In this document: positions 58,285-64,000 of the stretch, one piece after another
Position numbering within the stretch: position 1 is the first letter of the stretch
Layout: each line of letters opens with the position of its first letter
Notes under the pieces: model-generated
The model's input: only the letters and a program-made list of their open reading frames with translations
What the model was told of the DNA's origin: nothing
The model's database searches: none
Translations under genes and position numbers: made by a program
IMG/VR virus record: IMGVR_UViG_2914081374_000001
Coordinates: 1,842 to 65,841 of that record
DNA from: a virus
Taxonomy: Duplodnaviria; Caudoviricetes
Length of the DNA stretch: 64,000 bases
Direction: 5' to 3' (one strand)

Positions 58285-59700
58285 ATGATGACACAATACG
58301 ACCGCACTCAACTCGAAACCCTCAAGCGCAACCAACTCTGGGAAATTTGCTCTCAGCTAGGACTACCCAAGTACGCAGCTTCTGTAAAGTGCGTGGAGGC
58401 AATCCTCAACAGTCAGCCAACGTTAGTCGCCGAAGTGGTAGCAACAGAAACTGACAGCGAATCAACTTTAGATGCCCCTATGGAAAACTTTCCACAGGGT
58501 CAACACACTTGTGCTAGTTGCCCATTATTCCATCCGTTTAACGACGGCACGGGGCGCGGTTTATGTTGCGGTTCCGACCGAGTGGCAAGAGATCATCACC
58601 AACAAACCCAGGATTGCTTGCATTTGATTGAAGAGCAAACTGAAAAGCAGCAAGCCCGCTTAATAGAAGAGCAAGAATCCGAAAAAAGCGCAAAGTCTGC
58701 CACCGGGGAGTATCCCGGTGGCGAGTTTTGCCCAATTCCCGGCTACGGCTTCTGTATAAGCCAAGGCATCGAATTCAAGACTCGAATCGGCAGCGAAACC
58801 GGAACTACCTACTGGTACGCGGTAGCACCCCACTACTACAATCAGAGCGGACGTGAATACAAAACTGGCGGCTTTGAGAAACTGGAAAACGCTGTTAAAG
58901 CCGCAATTGATTACCTTGGTAAGTGTGGAGTTGATGTTTTTGAGATAAAGCAGCAACTGATAAATTACCTGCGATACGGTACAACTCAAGCAGATCTGGA
59001 AGTTACTCAAAGTCAACCACTCGCTGAACCAAGAATTTCATTTCAGTCGGGTGAACTTTTCTTCACCCCAGTGAGCGGCTCCGCCACCACCTACGAGGTC
59101 AAACACTGGAATTTAGAAATTGGCGAAATTGCCATGAATGCCGATCTGATGTGGGAGGTGACAGGTGTTAACGGCATCTACAGGTCGCCCTACGAAGCCG
59201 CAGCACTACTGCTTGAGCTACCCGAAGGAAAATTTTCCACAGGGCTAAACAAAAAAGCCGACTCCCCCGTAGCAGCCAGCCTAATACCTAAATCCGATGA
59301 TTTATCAAGACCTATAGCAGAAAACAAACCTAATCCATCTTTCAACGGATGGCAAGACACGGAAGTTCCTGAAATTGAGATTGACTCTACCTCAGATCCC
59401 GACTTTGGGGACTTGTACCGGGTGTGGAGTGGCATGAATTTGCTTGGAACGTTTTACCAAGGCGTTAGCGATAAAAAGTGGATCGCGCAGATAGATGGTG
59501 AGGCGGAACGCTACTACTGCGACACAGAGCTTGAAGCGCAGTTGCTAATTATTGCTAAAAACGGCTTACTTGTAGCTGACTCGCCAAACGACGTTGACAG
59601 TGTTGACAGCTTGCTTGATAAACCCGTTGACGAATTAACATCTCAAGAATGGCAGCATTTGAAGCGTTATTACTCAACACTAGAGTTGCAAGCAGCCTAA
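58285..59700 (+). CDS. Multidomain hypothetical early protein
   Basis: SAP/HeH-like N-terminus, CASCPLF Cys cluster, C-terminal domain shared with 30487. Confidence 0.75.
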   Translation: MMTQYDRTQLETLKRNQLWEICSQLGLPKYAASVKCVEAILNSQPTLVAEVVATETDSESTLDAPMENFPQGQHTCASCPLFHPFNDGTGRGLCCGSDRVARDHHQQTQDCLHLIEEQTEKQQARLIEEQESEKSAKSATGEYPGGEFCPIPGYGFCISQGIEFKTRIGSETGTTYWYAVAPHYYNQSGREYKTGGFEKLENAVKAAIDYLGKCGVDVFEIKQQLINYLRYGTTQADLEVTQSQPLAEPRISFQSGELFFTPVSGSATTYEVKHWNLEIGEIAMNADLMWEVTGVNGIYRSPYEAAALLLELPEGKFSTGLNKKADSPVAASLIPKSDDLSRPIAENKPNPSFNGWQDTEVPEIEIDSTSDPDFGDLYRVWSGMNLLGTFYQGVSDKKWIAQIDGEAERYYCDTELEAQLLIIAKNGLLVADSPNDVDSVDSLLDKPVDELTSQEWQHLKRYYSTLELQAA

Positions 59701-59768
59701 TACAAGTCCCCAGACGTACTGGGGACTATTCTTCATTAAAATTATCAAATTATCACGTCATTAAAACC

Positions 59769-60293
59769 ATGTCACACCTTACAGAAATTCTTCTTTTGTC
59801 ATCCAATATCGCTCTAATTGCCCTTGTAATCTACCAGCGTAGGTCAATTAAAAAACTCTATCAATGCCCAACTTTTGGATGTTTAACCCGTCAAGGTATT
59901 GACGCTTACTGGCAGTCAATTAAGCGCAAGGATAATTTGTCTCTCGTCTTTCTCGACATCGATAACATGCATCAATTAAACTCCAATCTTGGCTATCAAG
60001 AAGTGGATAGAAGATTGAACCGAATTTTTTCAATGGTTCGCAAGGACGAGGCTCTAGGACGCTGGTACTCAGGAGACGAACTTGTAATGCTAATCAATAG
60101 ATACGAAGCGATGCAAGCCGCTAATCGCCTTAAAACGGCACTTAATGCCGAAGGAATTAGCGCTACCTTTGGTGTAGTAAAAGCAGAAGGTGAATATCTA
60201 TATGACGTGGTTAAAAAGGCTTCCGCTCTGGTTCAAACTTCTAAAAATAAAGGTATTAGAGGAGTGATTGTAAATGGAGAAAACGAACAATGA
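59769..60293 (+). CDS. Membrane-anchored GGDEF-like domain protein (SGDEL variant)
   Basis: LTRQG, LVFLDIDNM..LN..LG..EVD..L, GRWYSGDEL, SATFGV. Confidence 0.8.
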   Translation: MSHLTEILLLSSNIALIALVIYQRRSIKKLYQCPTFGCLTRQGIDAYWQSIKRKDNLSLVFLDIDNMHQLNSNLGYQEVDRRLNRIFSMVRKDEALGRWYSGDELVMLINRYEAMQAANRLKTALNAEGISATFGVVKAEGEYLYDVVKKASALVQTSKNKGIRGVIVNGENEQ

Positions 60294-61240
60294 CGCCAGA
60301 AATTAGAGAAGAATTAAAGCGAATTCAGTCCCAACTAAAAAAACCTTTTCCTGCCAAATTACACGAAATTAGAGATTTACCAGGAGGCGGACGTAAGTGG
60401 GTTTTCCTGTCCTGGCAGGTAATTCGGGAGCGACTAGATGATGTATGCCCAGAATGGATTATTGATTATTCAGAAATCCAATATCTGAACAATGACGCCA
60501 TATGCCGCGCTGCAATCACAATATTAGGAATCCGTAAAGAAGCGATCGCATCCGTGCCAATCTCAATTCTCAGTAAAGGTGGCAATGAGATGTCTCGCGG
60601 CTCGGCTGCTGATCGACTGGCTGCTGAGTCTCTCAAAAACGCTGCCGAACAGTGGGGAGTGGGGAGATATTTGGACGATCAGCTTTTTACAATCAAGTAC
60701 CTCTGGGAGCGAATGAAGGAACTTGACGATCAAATGGCAGGCGAGGTGAGGCGGCTATCCGAGCAATACAAAATTGACAAAGGATTTATAAAGCCCCCAA
60801 TCAGACAGCAAAAAGAAGAGGGCGGACTGCTGCACGCGCTTGCTGGCATTCCCGCACCTGATTCAAAACGTGAAGCTCACGGGACAAAAGATTTTGTCCC
60901 ACAGGCTTCACCTAAAAATTCAACGCAGGACTTGTACCCACAGAATAACCTCGTAGTAAGGCAGGTGCGCAGCGTTACAGGGCACGATGTCAATTGGATT
61001 TATGCCCAATGCAAGCTTTACGAGTGCGATCGCCCAGGTATGATGCCCTCTGACGTGCTAGAAAAACTTGTTGCCGACATGTGTGCTGATTGGGCGGTGT
61101 CTAGTGGTGCAATACCCCAAAGGGACGGAGCTAACACGTCAATCCAAGGCGCTTTGGAATTTGGCAAAAGAACTGGGCAAAGTATTGCCAGCGTGGCTTT
61201 AAACTGGCTAGAAAGACATAAGGTGGAGGTAAAGGCGTGA
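60290..61240 (+). CDS. Rad52/Rad22-like single-strand annealing protein
   Basis: L..PFP, V..RLD.V...W, AESLKNAA..WGVGRYL. Confidence 0.75.
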   Translation: MTPEIREELKRIQSQLKKPFPAKLHEIRDLPGGGRKWVFLSWQVIRERLDDVCPEWIIDYSEIQYLNNDAICRAAITILGIRKEAIASVPISILSKGGNEMSRGSAADRLAAESLKNAAEQWGVGRYLDDQLFTIKYLWERMKELDDQMAGEVRRLSEQYKIDKGFIKPPIRQQKEEGGLLHALAGIPAPDSKREAHGTKDFVPQASPKNSTQDLYPQNNLVVRQVRSVTGHDVNWIYAQCKLYECDRPGMMPSDVLEKLVADMCADWAVSSGAIPQRDGANTSIQGALEFGKRTGQSIASVALNWLERHKVEVKA

Positions 61241-61899
61241 AGATTTTAATTTACGACTGCGAAATTATCAAATGCATCCCTGATAGAAGCGGATATCTTA
61301 AGCCGGGATTCCAGTACTGCGAAGGGTGGACGGACTTTAAAGGGATGGGTATTAGTGTGATTGGTGCATGGTTAAGTTGGGACAACTCCATCAGAATTTA
61401 TACACAAGCAGTGTTTAGCGAGTTTCAAAAAGCTGTAAATCAAGCACAGCTAATCGTAGGATTTAATTCGCTTTCATTTGACGATAACTTGTGCGCTGCC
61501 AACGGCATCGACATCAAAACCGACTATGACCTGTTAAGTGAGGTTTGGTCGGCATCAGGAATGCCGCGAACTTACACCTACGGAAAAACCAGATCCGGTT
61601 ACAAACTGGAGAATTTAGTACAAGCTAATCTTGGGCGCGGCAAGTCTGGTTCTGGGGAGCTTGCGCCGGAGTTGTGGCAGAAGGGGAACAAGTGGGGAGT
61701 GATTCGTTACTTGACCGACGATATTTTGATTACAAAGCAAATATTCCAACGCCGTGCCAAACTAATTGACCCTACAAACGGTGACGTTTTGTGCTTGAGA
61801 GAGCCAACAGAACCAATTTACGAGGGTGTTGGGTTTTTGGAGATGCCCGACACTATCAAGGTTGATGTGAGTGAGGATGGTGATGATATACCGTTTTGA
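61237..61899 (+). CDS. DnaQ/RNase H-like 3'-5' exonuclease
   Basis: YDCEI, IVGFN...FD, YDLL, Y..DD..IT. Confidence 0.8.
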   Translation: MKILIYDCEIIKCIPDRSGYLKPGFQYCEGWTDFKGMGISVIGAWLSWDNSIRIYTQAVFSEFQKAVNQAQLIVGFNSLSFDDNLCAANGIDIKTDYDLLSEVWSASGMPRTYTYGKTRSGYKLENLVQANLGRGKSGSGELAPELWQKGNKWGVIRYLTDDILITKQIFQRRAKLIDPTNGDVLCLREPTEPIYEGVGFLEMPDTIKVDVSEDGDDIPF

Positions 61900-61982
61900 G
61901 CAGTAAGATTGCTCTTGGGCGCAGGGTGTGGCATTCTCCAGAGCGCCCTGCTAAAATATTTTTATCCCTACGAGGGAGTGAA

Positions 61983-62300
61983 ATGAACAAATTAACATCT
62001 GAAAAACTTAAAAGTGGTGCACTAGCCATAGAGAAATTTCGCGCTCTACAAGAGCGTGAACAAGAGTGGTTGTATGAGTTGTTAAGCGTAGGAAAGTCAG
62101 CATTGCTGGCACTCAAGATATTGGATGCAATTAGTGCTTGCCCCCTCAGTTTTGAGGAGATTGCGGACGAATGCGGGTGCAATTCACAAACCGTAAGTCA
62201 AGTTTTAAATGCTTTAATTGAAGGCGGCACGACGATTCAACTAGATGCAAAATGCGCTTATGCCCCCAGTGGGCGATCGCGTAAACTGGCAAGGCGGTAA
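61983..62300 (+). CDS. wHTH protein (paralog of next gene)
   Basis: LSFEEIA..CG....TV.QVLNAL..GG. Confidence 0.65.
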   Translation: MNKLTSEKLKSGALAIEKFRALQEREQEWLYELLSVGKSALLALKILDAISACPLSFEEIADECGCNSQTVSQVLNALIEGGTTIQLDAKCAYAPSGRSRKLARR

Positions 62301-62303
62301 TTT

Positions 62304-62624
62304 ATGGACAAAGTAACAGCGGACAAACTGACAGAAATTGCCCCATCTCTCGCCGCTTTTTTGGAATTGCACCCAGACGAACAAAAGTGGCTTTATCCCC
62401 TTTTGGGGAGAGCAGAGCAGAGAGCAATTCTCATTCTTGAAGCCATGCAGGGGGCGTACTTAAGCTACGAGGAAATCAGTGCCAAAACTGGTACTCATGC
62501 CAGTACTGTTCGGCAAACATTGTACGCTCTTTCTAGCGGTGGACTGAATCTAAAGTCTAATAAATCTGGAAAATGGCAGTCCCCGAAAGGGGGACGAAGC
62601 CGGAAATTATTGAGAATGGAGTGA
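62304..62624 (+). CDS. wHTH protein
   Basis: LSYEEIS..TG....TVRQTL.AL..GG. Confidence 0.65.
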   Translation: MDKVTADKLTEIAPSLAAFLELHPDEQKWLYPLLGRAEQRAILILEAMQGAYLSYEEISAKTGTHASTVRQTLYALSSGGLNLKSNKSGKWQSPKGGRSRKLLRME

Positions 62625-62827
62625 TGGCTAAAAGGAAACTCATATCCGGCGATCGCGTAGAGTTCGTAGGACACGACGCAAACTGCCTTCCCTGCAAGAA
62701 ACAAGGAACCATTCAGATCTATATTTACCCCCACTTTCACCCATCCGGCTATGTGGAAGTGGTGGACGACGAAGGGAATTTGATTCTGTATGGCAATGCG
62801 GCAGGAATAAAGAAAATCAAACCCTGA
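62624..62827 (+). CDS. Small SH3-like hypothetical protein
   Basis: Coupled start; GDRVEF. Confidence 0.5.
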   Translation: MAKRKLISGDRVEFVGHDANCLPCKKQGTIQIYIYPHFHPSGYVEVVDDEGNLILYGNAAGIKKIKP

Positions 62828-62906
62828 TAGGGATTCAAAAAGCTTGCGCCATTAAGTGCATGGGTATTCGTTTCAATCCCTGAGAGGGATTTTTTTGTGG
62901 CGCTAG
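62814..62906 (-). CRISPR. Degenerate two-repeat CRISPR-like mini-array with 19-nt spacer
   Basis: GTTTCAATCCCTGAGAGGGATT (62870) and AAATCAAACCCTGATAGGGATT (62814), 56-nt period; resembles cyanobacterial repeats ending ATTGAAAC. Confidence 0.65.
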
Positions 62907-62911
62907 AGAAA

Positions 62912-64000
62912 TTATATCAAATTGTTGATCGCTTCAAAAAATACTTTCTCGTGAGTAGCGGCATCGATCCAGCGCTGATAAGTCTGTAGATGAACTACGG
63001 GTGAATGCCCCATCCACACAGCCATTGTGGGGATGGGGATTTTGTATTGTGTGGTTCCCCGAATCGCATAGGCGTGGCGTAGATCGTAAGGGCAAAAGCT
63101 AAGGTTGCGACGATTGAAATAATGGCTTACCCGCTGCCCGTAATCGCGGTAAGTTTTGCCACTGCAGTTTGGTTTTTGGATCTGCCACAATTCCCACTCA
63201 ATTGCCCACTGAGGATGTAGGGGATACGCTACTCTCTCTCCTGTTTTCCCATGCAGAATTCTGCATGAGTGGGGTGACACGGGAGAGACTTCGCAGAAGA
63301 AAGCTTCATGATCTCTCAAGCCATAGCACGCCATTACCCCGTATAGCCACTGCCATGCGGGGTTTTGTAGAATTTCACGCACTTCAACAATCAGCTCGTC
63401 GCTGGGAATTTCTCTTGCCTTGAGCGATGATCGCCCGTACTCACCTTTGTAAGGAGAAAGATCGATTTCGATGCCAGCAAACTGCGCGCACGCCTGCAAT
63501 TTCTCTACAGTTCTCTTCCTGGTGCGAGTGTTCGCTTGTGTGGCAGATGCTGCGGTGTGAAGTGATTCAGGCGTTGCGTCCCCAGATAAAAGTTTGAAAG
63601 CTGATTCGTAATCGTTCTTCCAGGTCAATCTTGTAGCGGCAGTGTCACCTTTTGTAGCGAAATAGTTTTGTTCAAATTTGAGCTTGATTGGTTCCCACTC
63701 TGAGACGCTTGACGATACCGCTTTTTCCTCTACGGTTAGATATCTATTCCAATCAAATCTCCCCGCTGCCAATAATCCTCCTACCACCTTCGCCTCGGCT
63801 TCCGCTTGCTGTAGCCCTGCGGGATTGGCATAAATCCCCAGCGATAAGTGTTGCTGGTGCGGCTTCTGCTTCCCACTCCCCGGCTTCGGTGGAAATGTCG
63901 CTCTAAGTGATAGGCGATCGCCCCGTTTGTCAACCCTCACGCCAATTCTCGCTGCTTTTAGTCTCTCATTAACGGCTTCAAGGGTAATTCGCTGGGGCAT
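62912..64000 (-). CDS. int: Phage integrase (tyrosine recombinase)
   Basis: YGLRDHE, GKTG.R, YDLRHAYA, MGHS..VH..TY. Confidence 0.92.
   Translation of the reverse strand: MPQRITLEAVNERLKAARIGVRVDKRGDRLSLRATFPPKPGSGKQKPHQQHLSLGIYANPAGLQQAEAEAKVVGGLLAAGRFDWNRYLTVEEKAVSSSVSEWEPIKLKFEQNYFATKGDTAATRLTWKNDYESAFKLLSGDATPESLHTAASATQANTRTRKRTVEKLQACAQFAGIEIDLSPYKGEYGRSSLKAREIPSDELIVEVREILQNPAWQWLYGVMACYGLRDHEAFFCEVSPVSPHSCRILHGKTGERVAYPLHPQWAIEWELWQIQKPNCSGKTYRDYGQRVSHYFNRRNLSFCPYDLRHAYAIRGTTQYKIPIPTMAVWMGHSPVVHLQTYQRWIDAATHEKVFFEAINNLI

Larger units (their letters stand above)
3416..59244. repeat. Dispersed 24-bp palindrome CCCYNTGGAAAATTTTCCANRGGG, 11 copies
   Basis: Copies start at 3416, 7857, 20167, 20472, 28582, 32549, 41984, 47043, 51133, 58476, 59221. 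Confidence 0.9.
1..64000. mobile_element. Cyanobacterial temperate phage/prophage (siphovirus-like); ends not visible in window
   Basis: Portal, TerL, major capsid, tail tube, tail chaperone, tape measure, integrase, repressors and Rad52-like SSAP present; many HIP1 GCGATCGC sites. Confidence 0.93.

Noticed and set aside
1-64000. Abundant GCGATCGC
   Set aside because: Known cyanobacterial HIP1; used only as a host indicator

Overview
This window is most of a cyanobacterial temperate siphovirus or prophage. HIP1 (GCGATCGC) is abundant, and portal, terminase, capsid, tail tube, tail chaperone with a -1 frameshift, tape measure, replication and recombination genes are present, with an integrase at the right edge. 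Virion genes are scattered on both strands, and many have a GGGAAY motif about 30 nt upstream, probably read by the phage's own SigF/SigB-like sigma factor. The most striking locus is 11054-13129: a tyrosine recombinase, a stand-alone RAMP/Cas7-like gene, a non-coding array with strict 5-nt periodicity (constant [C/G]TC triplet plus variable NN, in two units) and a winged-helix gene. This is a candidate non-CRISPR RNA-guided system. Other notable signals are a degenerate CRISPR-repeat mini-array next to the integrase, 11 dispersed copies of a 24-bp palindrome (one inside a ParB-like gene), a duplicated structured RNA with covariation, an orphan TnpB with an intact right end, and a Panacea-Doc toxin-antitoxin pair. 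All product calls come from motif recognition and gene context, not database searches.
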